A stretch of DNA of 64,000 bases from Rhodosorus marinus CCMP1338. Lineage: Eukaryota > Plantae > Rhodophyta. A model generated the notes under the pieces. That model saw only the letters and a program-made list of their open reading frames with translations, had not been told where the DNA came from and did not search any database. Below, piece by piece: positions 24,805 through 38,142 of the stretch (position 1 is its first letter; every line of letters starts with the position of its first letter). The stretch covers positions 1,736,001-1,800,000 of the forward strand of contig JAMWBK010000005.1 in assembly GCA_029953675.1 (NCBI GenBank), in the 5' to 3' direction. The translations under genes were made by a program, and so were the position numbers.

Positions 24805-27800
24805 ATGGTTATCGCATGTGAGAGGCCGCAGAGGAATTTGCAGAAGACGGACATGAGAGAGGTCTTCGGTGATAGTGATCTGGACTCGGATGATCCGGAT
24901 GAAGAGGGGTCTGACGATGAGGAGGTTAATGAGGACGGGAGGAAGGGAAGATCGATGGATAAGGTGCTCGGACGGGTGGGAAAGAGACGTAGGAACCACC
25001 TAAGACCTCCCTCATCTGACGAATCAGACTCTGACCTGGACTCGGGTGATCCGTCTGAGAAAGGAACAGCGGATGCCGGTGGTGAAGGCAATACCAGGGA
25101 AGACAATGATGGTGAGCAGGAGCAAGAGTCTTACGGTCGGGTCACAACTAGAGCCGCATGGAATCAATCCAACCGAAAACCTGTCAAGCGGAAGGCGGCT
25201 TCAGACACGCGTTCCGAGAAGCAGGCTAAACGACGTCCGAAAGCGGTCAACGGAGGGCTCAAGAGCAAAAAGACGCAAGCGAGCAAGGGCAGGTCCAAGG
25301 ACAGCGACAGCGCAATCGACAGCAAGAAGCGTGGGCCTTCCCGCACGACAAAGTCGAGGAGCGCTTATTCTTCAGATCAATCGGAATCAGAGGTGGAAGA
25401 ATTAGAACAGTCCGAAACCGGGCAAGAGGATGACGAGTCCAGTGAAGAGAGCGATTCGGACAGGGCTGTGGAGAAAATTCTAGCCCAGCGAGTGAAGGTG
25501 GAAAAGGATGCCGGAGATGAAAGTGGGGACATGACCAAGGAGTCCTTAAATGATGAGACTCCAAAGAAGAAGCGCGAAAGCGCTGGGAACGTGCGGGAGT
25601 ATGAGTACCTCGTAAAGTGGAAGAAGATGTCGTACATTCACGCCGAGTGGGTTCCGAAATCCGTGATTTTGGACCAGGCCCAGGGAAAAGTTCGTCTACA
25701 AAGATTCGAAAGGAAGGAAGCGGAGAGGCTCGCTCTGAAGGAAAACAGTGATGATGAGCAAGAGGAGGAACCTATCCCGGAGGAGTTCTGCATTGTGGAC
25801 AGGGTCCTTGCAATGAGGATGAACCAGTCCAAGAGAAAGAAGCAGTACCTGATCAAGTGGCGTGCTCTCCAGTACTCGGAGTCCACATGGGAATACGAAG
25901 ATGATGTGAAGGACGATGAGAAAATTGCACAGTTCCAGCAGAGAAACGAGCAGCCAAAAGCGGATCAGCTGATCAAGGGTGGTTTGAAGAGGGAAAGAAT
26001 GAAGTTCACAACTCAGCCCAACCCGAAGCTAAAGAGTGGGGGAGAACTGCGCGAGTATCAGCTTGAAGGTTACAACTGGCTGATAAGCTGCTGGTGTAGG
26101 CACCAAGGAAGCATCTTGGCAGATGAAATGGGCCTGGGCAAGACTATTCAGTCCGTTTCGTTCTGTCACTATCTCTTCAACCACCAAAAGCAGAGAGGAC
26201 CTTTTCTGATTGTTGCACCCCTGTCGACGTTGGGCCACTGGCAGAGGGAGTTCGAAACCTGGACTTGGATGAACGTGATCGTTTACCACGGAAATGTAGA
26301 GAGCCGTGAAATTATTCACAGGCACGAGTGGACGTACCCACGCCAGACGAACAAGAAGGGTCCGCCTTACAAATGGCATGCGCTGATCACGACGTATGAG
26401 ACGATCCTGCAGGAGGCTTCAAGGCTGCGCAGTATCAAATGGAACAGCATTGTTGTAGACGAAGCTCACCGACTCAAGAATCGAAGCTCCAGACTGATTG
26501 AAGAGCTCAGATGCTTCAACAGTCAGCATCGCATCCTGCTAACTGGAACACCGATCCAAAACACGTCATTGGAGGTTTGGTCCCTCCTCAACTTCCTGGA
26601 CCCTGAGAAGTTCAGCGATGAGTCTGAATTCGCCGAAAAGTTTGGGGATGTGAAAGATTCAGATACCGTTCAAACCCTGAAGGAGACGCTTCGGCCCTAT
26701 ATGCTGCGACGTTTGAAGGAGGACGTGGAAAAATCCATTCCGCCAAAGGAAGAAACGATAGTATCTGTGGAACTGACTCGGGTGCAGAAAAAGTGGTACA
26801 GGGGTCTGCTCGAGCAGAATTTTGCATTCTTGGAGAAATCGTCAGTGAAGTCGTCCAATGTTGGCAATCTCCGGAACATCGTAATGGAACTCCGAAAGTG
26901 CTGCAACCATCCTTTCCTGATCAAGGGCGTTGAGCAAATCGAGCTAGATGGAATTGCTTCCGAGGACGATGATGAAACAATCCGCAAGTTGATTGAGGCG
27001 TCGGGAAAACTGGTCCTCGTAGATAAACTTCTACCAAGGCTCAAGGAGGAAGGCCACAAGGTGCTTATTTTCTCCCAGATGATTCGAGTGCTGGACATTA
27101 TCGAGGACTACCTTATCGCTCGTCGATGGGGGTATGAGCGTATTGACGGGCATGTGCGGGGCAACGATAGACAACAGGCCATCGATCGATTCAGCAAACC
27201 TGATTCGGAGAAATTCGTCTTCCTTTTATGCACACGGGCCGGTGGGCAGGGCATCAATCTCACGGTTGCGGATACCGTGATCATCTATGACTCGGACTGG
27301 AACCCACAGAATGACGTTCAGGCGCAGGCTAGATGTCACCGAATAGGTCAGAAGAAGGATGTGAAGATATACAGACTTATCACGAGAGGTACTTATGAAA
27401 TGGAAATGTTCGACAAAGCAAGCAAGAAGCTCGGGCTCGATCAGGCCGTGCTGCAGAACATGGGAATAGACAACAAAGAATCATCGAACGCTGGTGGTGC
27501 GGCAGCCGGGAGCAACGGAATCTTGAACGACATGAAGCGAGATGAGGTAGATTCGTTACTTCGAAAAGGAGCCTATGACGTCTTTAACGAGGACGATTCG
27601 CAAGCCGATGCGTTTACGGCCGAAGACATCAATCAAATCCTCGAGAGAAGAACCACGCTTGTAAGGACCGCTGCCGAGCCAGCCGGACCCTCAGCATTCT
27701 CGAAGGCTACTTTCACGGTTGAAGAAGGACCAAAAGATCAGAATGTTGATGTGAATGACCCAGACTTTTGGAGGAAGATCATGCCCGAAGGGCAGTTGGC

Positions 27801-30800
27801 TCCCGATCCGAACATTCAGTTCGAGCCCAGACGTAGACGACAGACTCAGCGCTACGTTCCGTTGGAGGAGAATAGCAGCGGTGACGAGGTTGACAACGAG
27901 TCAGCAGACGACGTCATCAGCGGTGTGTCCCCCAGCGGCAAGCCTCTATGGAACAAGGATGAGCGGAAGAGATTGTACAAGGGAGTCATGAGCTTCGGCT
28001 GGGGGAGATGGGGAGAAATTGCGTCCTCTTCGGAGCTGGATTCGAAGCGAAGCATGGACGAATGCGCTCTCGTCTGTCGGAACATGCTGCGTATCGTAAC
28101 GCAAAACTATGCAAGCGAAGAGAGTGACTATGACAGTAATTCTGGTAAGAGCACTGTTGTCGACCGTTTTCCGGTTCTTCGGTTTGCCTTGGGGGCACAC
28201 CGCACCATTATTGATTCCGCAGAGTTACCCGAGGACGAGGCGGAAGATGAGGTTGAAGCAATGGAAGAGGATGGCGGGGCTTTGGACACGCCCTGGTTGT
28301 TGGTGTCGAAAGGGCAGTACAAGGAAGGACCGGAGCTCGTGGAACCTTTGTTTGTTGAGCCAGCACTGGAAACGAACGAGTTCGGTAGTTTTCTTTCGCG
28401 GAATGCTGTTCACATATTTGATCGACTGGATCTGCTTGCAAATTTGCAGATGCTGGAAGCGGCCGGAGAACTTGAACCGGACAAGCCCGTAGCTGTCGTT
28501 GGTTCTAGTGGGAACCAAGCACTAGGAGACTGGTGGGACGAGGCTTTTGATCGTGATCTCCTCAAGGGTACTTTGAAGCACGGGTACGGCAACTACCTTC
28601 CGATGCGCCTCGACGCTTCGTTGATCTTCCTCGCAAAAACTGAGCCAGTAGCTGATGATGAAGTTGCGGAAGACGACGAGGAGGAGGACGATGATGAGGA
28701 AGAGGACGATGCTAATGACGCGAAGAACGGACCAGACGTGAACCAATCGCAGAATGCGGCTGATGGAAGCGAAGGCGAGGCACACTCTGGCGACGTAACC
28801 AAGAAATCGGAGAGTACCGATGACAATCACGGAAAACAGCGAAACGAATCGAAAGCCTTTGCTCAGCTGTCCACTGAGGAACTGGCCGCTAGGGAGTGGC
28901 CGTCGGTGCACAAATTGAACAGCCGCGTGAAGAAGCTTATTCGTGCTTATAGTCGCCAGCGAAAGAAGCTTCAGAAGAAGCTTTTGGCTGAACAGGAAAA
29001 CGAAAGGTTGAAGCAGCAGAGAGAACAGCAGCGTTTGGCCAAACTAGAAGAACAGCGGACTATGCGCGAGCGAAAACAGTATCTCCTAAGCATTACGTGG
29101 ACGAAGAGGGAGAAACATGATTTTGCTCGCTTTTACTCGTTTGTTGGCGGGGCACCTCTTGATGAGAACGGCAAGGAGGACTGGCAATCGGTCATCACGA
29201 AAGCTAAGTTAGCCAGAAAGACACCGCAAACACTGGCGGACTATGCACTGGAATACTATCGCATGTGCATCCAAGCTTGCGACGGAACCCTTCCCAGGAT
29301 GTATACGGATCCAAGCCTCCCGAAAGAGCAAAACGGCACGAATCAGCCCGAGTATTCGAACGTTCAGCTCGAGGAAGCGAAAGTGACACAATGGAGCTCC
29401 AAGCGTTTTCTGGAACGCTACGAGCTGTTGAAGGCCCTGCGTGCGCTGGATCTGAAATCGAGCAGGGTGAAAGAGAACGTGTCGAACTTTGCCCGTCCAC
29501 CAAGCCGGGACTCACTGCCGGATTGGTGGTCCACAGGTAGTCACGGCTGTGACTGGGAACTTCTCACCACTGTCGCTAAGGATGGATTCGACCTGGGCAG
29601 CATTGCCGGGGAGAGCGAGATGTTCAAGAAGCTCATCTCAGAGACGCTGCAAGTGACAGAGAGACAACCAGAGAAGGGCGACAGCGGCCAGAACGCGGAC
29701 GGACTAGAAAGTATAGAGGGAAGCGAGAATTCGAAAAGCGGTCCGGTGGTAGTCGATGGAAACGAGAACGCTGACAGCGCCGAGAAGAAAACGGACGCAA
29801 GCGGAAAGCCAGATTACTGTGTTGGACATATTCAAGCCGCGTTTCCAAAGGACAGAACCGTAATCAATCGGGTTGTCCACCTTCTTGAGGTTGCTCACGG
29901 TCGGGTGAATCTTGGGGCCGCGCAAGAATTTGCCGGGTCAATTCCCATATTACCAAGAGCCCAAGTCATCCCTGGGGTCGTTGCCGTTCGCAAAAGAAAG
30001 CAGAATTTCTCCAAAGACCTCAAACGAGTTGGCAAGTTGCTGTCTGGTTCAATTGAGAGGTCATTTGAAGTCATTAATGACAAGAGGTGCGTGCGGGCTC
30101 ACTCAATCGCCATTGGATAGTCCGTCTCTGGATCCCGTTCGATCTCTTTAGCGGGTTGACTCATAAGTTTGTTTTTTCTCCTCAAGCGTAGGCTGAGCCG
30201 CAACTTACTCTGCGTATTGAAAAAGTATAAGAGGCTGAAGCCTGTGTCACCGCAAAAGCTAGCTCTGCCGGACTGGAGCAACGGGGATGAAGCTTTCCAA
30301 AGTTTCTATGCAGGCTACCAAGGAACAACCCCTATACCAAGCGGTCATCAAGTCCCGCAGCTTGCTGGGCCGTTGAAACCTAAGCCTGAAGCACCAGTGC
30401 AAGTTTCCCGGCAAGCGAAGATTTCCCAGCTGGGCAAGCTTGTTTATGATGAGAACGGGGAAGTCGTCTTTCCCATCAAGCTGGGGACTTTGCACGTTGA
30501 CGACCTTGGGAGAATAGAGCCCCTCCGGAAGGGTTTCCACTCAGAAAGCCTGCTCTTCCCCATAGGCTATAAGTCAAAGAGGCTTTATGCATCAGTCGTA
30601 AGGCGTGCCACGTGCTGAGGTCGCGATCTCGTTCAGAAGTTGTATCCGCTAACTCCATTTCCGTTTCTCCTGTTTCCAGAAAAATGCGAATTCCCATTGC
30701 GATTACGTTTCGGAGGTTCTTGACGGAGAGGAAGGCCCAGTTTTTAAGGTCACTTGTATGGATCTTCCGGACGAACCCTTCATATCGAAATCTTCTTCTA

Positions 30801-31082
30801 GCGGTGAGTCTACCACTTTTGTGTACGGCAGTGCTCCGGCTTGCTTGGTTAATGATACTGATCCTGGCCCACGATCAACGTGTTTTCTTATGCTCAGATT
30901 GCTGGATAAGGGTGATTCGTGCTATTAGGAGTCGTAGCGACGAGAGCAAGGGACTGAATCCGTCAATATCAGGACCAGAGTATTTTGGGCTCTCGCACCC
31001 GGCAATACAGGAACTGCTCCAGGAGCTACCGGGAGCAGAACAATGCGGGAAGTATATTAAGAAATTGTTCGTGAGAGCGTGA
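24805..31082 (+). CDS. CHD-family (CHD6-9/Kismet-like) chromatin remodeller with C-terminal FYRN-FYRC; join(24805..30086,30192..30597,30680..30803,30898..31082)
   Basis: Tandem chromodomains (EYLVKWKKMSYIHAEWV; YLIKWRALQYSESTWE), SNF2 ATPase (ILADEMGLGKT, DEAH, LLTGTPIQN, DSDWNPQNDVQAQARCHRIGQ) and SANT/SLIDE-like DRDLLKGTLKHGYG. Three GT-AG introns join FYRN (LGTLHVDDLGRI..FHSESLLFPIGYKSKRLY) and FYRC (GPVFKVTC..DCW..SGPEYFGLSHPAIQELLQELPGA). Confidence 0.92.
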
Positions 31083-32559
31083 ATGCGCTCGGCAGTGGGT
31101 TTAGAGTCTGATCTGGTCAGACGATGAACAGGAGCCTCATGATAGGCTATAGCTAGTCAACCCCACTAGAGCCCTGCTTATCTCATCGTAGGAACAGTTC
31201 CGCATAGGAAAGCTGACACTTTTGAACATACAACACAGTTGGTGTCGGTAGTTGGGTAACATTTCACGATGTACACTAAATTAATCCTTTCCAATCACGT
31301 GTTTTCCCAGCTTTCAAAACCAATCCAAGATTGGCAAACAGCCTTGCAACCAGGAAACTATGAGTTCTGAAAGACCGAGAGTGGACTCTTCCAAGCGACT
31401 GAGGCTCATCTCCGTGCGGAGAAGGGGGGTTTCAGTCGGCCTGTGGACAACATCACCCTCGGGAGACTGTAATAAGTCCCATGAACGAGGTCCAATGTCG
31501 CGAGACCTTCCCCAAAGCAGGCTCGCTCTGCAGGCCCCCGAAAAATCAAGAAAGAGCAAACCACATCCTTCTGCCCAGAAGGGCGTCAGACAAGGTCCAG
31601 CACAATCTTAATCATTCTTTTGCTCAAACTTCAAAACAGAAGAAAAAGTACCTTCTATATCGACGTGATTCCAAGTGATCAGGTATCCAACGACACTCTA
31701 TCCAAGCCATTGTCCCAAGCCATTGTCCCTCAAAACGCTCACCTGTCCCATCCGCGAATCCGCCTCCCAAAATCAATCAATATCGCACTTCTCAATCTAT
31801 ATAATAATGATTGAATCTGAGATCAGGATCTCGAACCCTCGAAAATGGGTTGAAAACACAACTTTTTGCGATGGAGGGCCGCAGGGGACGGAGAGTGGGG
31901 AAGTTGGAGTCTTGATGGGAGGTTTCCTTTTCGGGACGAAAGAGACGTCAAAAATACCGCCTCTCAATTCTCTCTTTTTGTCAGATCTAGTTGGGTGCTT
32001 ACATTGGTTGTGCAGCGTCGTCCCCCCATCGTGTTTGTTTCTGAAAGGAGATGAACTGTGTCCGAATCCCGTTGAACACCGAGCAACACAAGAAAGGTTG
32101 CGATCAGTTTTGGCGTGGTGGCTGTGTTCTTGTTTATTTTTCTGGTCTTGTTCCCTCGTCACTTTTTATCTTGTTTTTCCTCCCGTTGAAGCGTCCTCTT
32201 TTCAGCGAAAGAGAGCATTTACATACACCCAGCTTTGTGGAGAGTTCCGAGAAGATTCCTTGCTCGATTGAAAGAGCCCGAAGAAAGGGCTCTCTTGGGA
32301 TCTCTTATCAGGTTTTCCTATCAGGTGGTCTTCTTCGCCGGCCTTCGAGTTCTTATTGGGACTGCTGGGCTCGCTGAGCAAGCGCCGAGAGGGTTTGGGA
32401 AGGTTGTGGTGACACTTTTAGCGGGTTGAAGAGCGGTTGGAGGACTACGAGAGCGTGGTAAAGCAAAGGATCTGCGAGGATGAGATTGGAATGATTTCGA
32501 TGTTGATGCGTTTGGGTGTCGATCTGCTTAGGAAGTTTGGGATTGCGGGAAACTGAGGA

Positions 32560-33793
32560 ATGGGTTTTGTCGGCCTCTTTGGTGGCCAGCTGGCAGGTGC
32601 TGCTGGGAAGGATAGAGTTTGTCGTTGGAAGGAAAGAGCGAGCAGGTTGAGCAGAGTAGAGATGACTACTGACGATGCGGAGCCAAACGAGAATGGGAAT
32701 GGTGGCGTGGGAAAGGACAAGGAGTCCTCATTCGTTGATGGGGTACTAAGGGATTCGGTGTTGGAGACTATATGGCAGTCTCAGGTGAAAGAGAAGAGAG
32801 CGGGAAGACCTGTAGAGAGCTCGCAGTACTCAATGCACGGCACCGTGAGGAGAATTGCACAGTATTTGAAGGCCAAGGAGTCGATGAACAAATTTATCAA
32901 ACTATTCGAAGGTGTGAATCGAGAGCGGGTTTTCGGCGTTGGAAAAGGCCAAGCTTTACAGCGCCTCATCTCCTTTCTGACTGAGAATCTTCGACTTTTT
33001 TCTTCAATAGGGGAATTTGACAACTACGAACAGGTCCTGGAAGAAAGAGAGAAAGGCATTGAACCGCGTGAGGGAGGCGGCCACGAGCACATTCATTGCC
33101 AACTTCAACTGATCAGTGATCCAACTCTTAACGACAACATCATTTTTGCAAAGTACTACTTCGATGGCAACCCGCGGGCAATTTTCAGATCCCGCATTTA
33201 CAAAGTGTGGCCTGTTCTGAATGAGGAGTCGAGAGAACTGAACATGAGAATCTTTCGACTCTATGAGGAGCTCGAACAGGAGCTCCGCAGCAAAAACTAT
33301 GACCCAACTCAAATCGAGTGGGGAGACGAGAGCGAACTCGTTGAGTTGTACGGTTGCAACGTCTATTGGGCTCAGGAGGAAGAGGAGAGCAGTGACTCTG
33401 TTTTCACGGGGTACATGAAAGAGGAGTGCTGTCAAGTGTTCTCACCGGTTGTCGGCGACTTCCTGCATATCTACGACGACCTTTTGTTGAATGACACGCA
33501 TCTCTCAGTCAACGATCGCGGATTTGACTCTGAGGTAAGTGTTTTACCCGTAGCGTGATACTGCTCCAATTGCGTTAAGCGTACAACCAAGCCTGCGACC
33601 AATATCCGACAACTGTTTTTTCGGCTAGGGTCAATTCGTCTACGGAAATAGGATAGGCTTGCCGTATGTGATGAGGCGGTTGACAGGAGAGGATGATGCC
33701 CTGTGGTGGACAGTAACTGGAGAAGAAGAGGCTAGAAAGGGAAAGGCCTTCAATACCAGCCTGAAGACATATGTGAGATCCTCCGACGCTTGA
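32560..33793 (+). CDS. CpcT/CpeT (T-type) phycobilin lyase-like protein, plastid-targeted; join(32560..33534,33629..33793)
   Basis: MGFV transit-peptide-like start. Core GEFDNYEQ...HEHIH...FRSRIY. The intron restores the T-lyase C-terminal DRGFDSEGQFVYGNR..PY motif. Confidence 0.75.
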
Positions 33794-34315
33794 GGTTGGA
33801 GTTCGCAGTGTTTTCAGCTGGCGTGCTTATCTGTCGACGGAGTATAGCTCCTACTGTAGCCAACATGATGGCATCTCGACTCGTGGGAAGGCATTGTACA
33901 TAGATGCTAGTGGTTTTTGGAATCTATTTCCCATGGGTTGTGTCAGCTGTCTTCGAGTTGAGGGGTTTTGCTCTTGGGCTTTATTGCCGAGATGTAAAGT
34001 CACCGATAAAATACTGGCCGAGCCGCATCTTAGGCCCTATCCAACTCCCCATAGGAATATGGGGAAAAGTAGCCAAAGAATCGCCTTGCCTCCGTCGCTC
34101 AGCCGCCTCTCCACGCGTACGGGGTCTCCTTTAGGAGTGTAAAAAATATGGATGTTGACCAAAGTTGACCTCGATCTGCACTAGGAAGCTGGTAGCCAAG
34201 CGCTGGATGCAGCCCGATAGCCAGGTCACACTTCTGGTCGGCAGGCTCCCGGCGAAAGGACAAAACGAGCAATAGCCCGTAGCCTTTGTCGAAAGCTGTT
34301 GTCATCTCCAAGCTT

Positions 34316-36152
34316 TTATTCCGCTTTAACTGTCTTCGAGGCTGCTGCCTTAACTGCTTTCGCTTTAGGCTCCTTGGAGTACAGGTACGCAACGGCGAAT
34401 ACGAATACACCAACCAGGTTAAGGACCGCCGATAGATAATAAGGATACGCTCTCAAGATGAACCTGGGATACTCGTTGTGCCAGAACGGTCGAATGCTCA
34501 TCTGCAAAATGGTTACAATAAGAAACGAAAAACAGTCTTGCACCGTAAGAAACGGATCTCCCAAACGGCTTAAGGACTCAAGCCAGCATGGCCCAGAACA
34601 GCGCGCTACGAGCTTTTCGTAAATATGTGAACCCACCGTTTCATACATGCTAATCGGAGTATAGCCCTGTCGGAAGTGGTTAATTTCGAGCTTGAAGACT
34701 CCATAATGGTCTGGCACTGGAACGTCAGCTTCGAAACTGCCGTTTCCTTGAGGCACTAGTCGAACTCTGGCGTACGGATCCATTGAAGTGAATTCAATCT
34801 GCACGTCATCACTTGCAAACGGTTCCCATTGCTGCTGCTTGTAGTACCACTCCATAATGTTCACCTTAACCACCTGGGCGCGAACCACAACAATTTTTCT
34901 TCAGTATCAAACAGTCCAGCAGACGGAAAACAGGACTGATATCCGTGCCTGGAGACTCACAAGGTCGTCTTTAACTCGATACGTCGCCTTTTGATCTTCC
35001 TCGCCAACCCTGTGCCATCGAATCTTATCAGCTCGCAGCAGTCCCTTGCTTCCCAAAGTCCACGTCAGCAGGCTGAGAACGAAGCGTCTATGGTCACCTC
35101 CAGCTGAATCCATCATCTCGTTTTGAAACATTTCTATGGACCCAGCGTACACTGCACGGGATTGTTTCCTGGAAGATAAGTAGAGAGGCATAACACCGCT
35201 TAGAGAACTTCATCAATACGCCCACAGGCTTGTCCAAACTTATGAAAAGGAGGCTTTTCCTGCCGATGACGACGTTCAACGAGTACCTCGTCTGCACTGC
35301 TGCTGCGAGTACACAGTCTGTTCCAGTGACGAGGGGTGGGGTGACCACATCATCGGAGGGTTTATACGAGAAAGAAGTTTCCGATCCCCAGAGGAGCTTT
35401 TCCACTAGTTCGTTATCTTCGACAAGGGCTGCTCCAACACCTCGGAAGCTGATCCCGGAGAGTTCAGCGCCGTCTGTCAGCGGTGAGCTTATCGAGTGCC
35501 CTCCACTGATGACCGCTGTGTGATCGCCTTTGTCCAAATCCTTGTGGAAACTTCCGTGATCGATCACGTACGATCGTTTACGGTCGAGCTCGACACCGAA
35601 GGATAAAGCGATCTGTAGAAATGCGGATTAAGAGGCCTCAGCAAGCAGGATTTCCCATGATCCATATACCCAAAACCGTTTTCACTTACCTTTTTCATGA
35701 AATCCGAGTAGACAGGATCCATCCCCAACAAAATGCTGTTCCCTTGCATAAGGAAGTCATCGAGCCCCTCTATCGGCATACCACGTCCTAAACTTCTTGC
35801 CTTCGGAGCGAGAAGAATGATCGAGTCATACATGAACGAAACACCATCATACATAACCAACGTGTCTTCAGTTTCTTCCTTCACTGTAACCTGAAATCCG
35901 TCCTCTGCCAAAGAGACCACGAATCCCGATGTCAACACTCCGCAAAAACGTGTTCCGATCTCAACACAGAGAAAACAAAGAGCACTACTCACCTTGAAGG
36001 TACTTCAAAATCGTCGAATAATTCTCTTGATTGCTCAGATCATCTATTATCATCAGCACTCGTCTTCCGCCCAGTTCACCCTCAACTTCTACGGATCCAA
36101 CCCAAAAAATCAGCAGCAGCAGCGCAAATATCGAACGTTTACGCCAATCCAT
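34316..36152 (-). CDS. DDOST: Oligosaccharyltransferase 48-kDa subunit (OST48/WBP1), multi-exon
   Basis: Signal peptide MDWRKRSIFALLLLIFWVG, then GVELD..VIDHG, AAVQTR|KQSRAVYAGSIEMF, YRVKDD, QIEFTSMDPYARV, PDHYGVFKLEINHFRQGYT, RPFWHNEYPRFILRAYPYY, a C-terminal TM and a lysine-rich tail. Several GT-AG introns were checked in phase (e.g. 35992-35905, 35689-35613). Confidence 0.95.
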
Positions 36153-36899
36153 ATCGGCGAAAAAATGAATCCTCCCTCCCTTTACAACAAAATCAAGGAA
36201 TCTTCTTCAAAACTCTGACATTTCTCAGCACCTTTCCCCGTTCGAATACCAAACCAATGGTCTTGAAATCGTACCAACTGATCCCCGTCACCGACCCCTT
36301 TCTTTTCTAACCCGAAAACCATGAGAGGATAGCTTCCTCATCACTATTCCGGGCTGATTTGCCTGATCTTGGAATTCTGATCTTTCTCAAGCGGCGAGTC
36401 GGCAACTGCGATAATCAGATGTTGTGTTCAGCACAAGTTTTTGAGGAGCAGGTCGATTGCCAACAGGTCCCCAGTCCAGCTTGTACTTGTCATCGACAGT
36501 CCAGCCTCCAAAGCGCGGATAGGCACAAGTGGAGCCCACATTCCTCCTTGGGTTTCCGTTTTTTTTGTTTCGGGTTTGGGTTTTCTCAAAGGCGGATCAG
36601 CTTGGACTGAAAAATTAGGTTTTATGGCCTGGACCGGACTTCGAGAAACAGATCGAGCGTCAATAAGTCACCAGCCCCCGCTTGCGCGAATAAAAAACGT
36701 TCATGACGATGTCAGGCGGACATCACGACCGGCCACCTTCCTCCCTCATCAGCGGATTTCTTTGACTTTGGAAGAGCTGGGAGTTTCTATTTGGTCAGGT
36801 GACACCATTTTTGAGAATAGATCTAGTCTTAAGAACTCCCCACCACCGCGGTGAAGGACATGATCACCGCCATTGTGGTCTGAACGTCGTTCTCATGAA

Positions 36900-37300
36900 T
36901 CCCAATATTTCTAAATGTACCTTTATTTAGAAAATAAAGACTAAACAGCCGTAAATAAAGTAGATCAATATTATTATTTATTTATTTCAGTACATTTCTA
37001 TATTGAATTATTGACCTAAAACAAGTAGTGTGCAATTATCTCCAAATAAACCTTTATTAAGAAAATATTGCTCAATAATACAATTATGGTCCACGGCTAA
37101 ATATTGATTTATAGATTAATAAAAGAGTTCATGTCTAAATTTACCTTTATTTGGTAAAATATGATGATTTCTGAGCTAGACCGGATATCTGTCTATTTTT
37201 CATTTTTTTTCATGGCGGATAGGGATCTTGCTTAGTAGACAATAAATTAGATTACGTTAAAAACAATTGTATTATTTATAAAAAGTTGTTTTGTACCGAT
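36900..37300. other. AT-rich intergenic island
   Basis: Visibly far more A/T-rich than the flanking coding DNA. No ORFs. Confidence 0.6.
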
Positions 37301-37310
37301 GAATGCGTAA

Positions 37311-38142
37311 TTAAGGCTTGGGCATGTCCAGAATGTGTTCGGTCGATTGTGCGCAGTCTTGCTTAGTCATAAGAGCAATGTATGTTCTCCTCTCGCTTCT
37401 GTGAGGACTTGCCTTAGCTTTGGGAAGCCGGAAGAGGTACATTGAGATTGTTACTGAGACACCGATGATCCACGCAATGGATAAGGCATTGAGCGCGCTG
37501 CTCGTGCTCCACTTCTCGTCCTCTTTCCAGTTGTAGGATATTGAAATCCGCTCTTCAGACTTGGAGGTGCTCGTTCTACAGATGACTTCCTGGACAAGCA
37601 TACGAGAAGTTGCTTCAACCGTCCGAGGACCCCTTTTTAACCATTCGGGTGGCAGGATTCAGTTGAATGTAGCCCACCTTGATAAGTCCGCGCTCGTATA
37701 CGAAGAGGATTTCCACTTGAGAAAGCCGCCTTCCGCCATCAAGGAACACTGCGAGCCGCTCAGAAACTACCTAGGGAGTTCAACCGTGAGGAGATCATGT
37801 ACAAACCGTTCAGAACGGTTCAACGGCGACTTTAACGAGAGAATATCGGTATTGCCATCGCACCAATCCATGGGCAAAGACAAACTCTAGTTCGAGCGCT
37901 TTCGCATCCGCGTTTTGAGGAACTGTTGGTGCCTCCAAGGTCCAAGCCTTGGATTTTCCGAGCCCAAACCGTGGAGACAATGCGGACGGAACTGCTACAG
38001 GCGCAGTTTCCATTCCGTTTGCGTATGCTTTCCATTGCATGAAGATTTCCTCATCCGGCAGGAACGAACTAACGGCTCCCGCCCTCAATCCGAGCTCAAC
38101 AGCAAACAGGAAAACCGCAATCAGTCCACTCCTACTACCCAT
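37311..38142 (-). CDS. Type I membrane protein of unknown function; join of 38142..37864, 37770..37678, 37589..37311
   Basis: Two phase-0 GT-AG introns (93 and 88 nt) give a continuous product: signal peptide, SPRFG motif, LEFVFAHGL|VVSERLAVF..., ISYNWKE, one TM helix and a short basic tail. Confidence 0.75.

Noticed and set aside
25046-30083. Numerous 60-130-aa ORFs antisense or out of frame within CHD, and likewise within CAP-D2, DDX27 and ribD
   Set aside because: Shadow ORFs of long genuine coding sequences.
21770-37220. Scattered CCGCCAT/ATGGCGG (YY1-like) words in intergenic DNA
   Set aside because: Short, with variable flanks and no consistent position relative to gene starts. Expected by chance.
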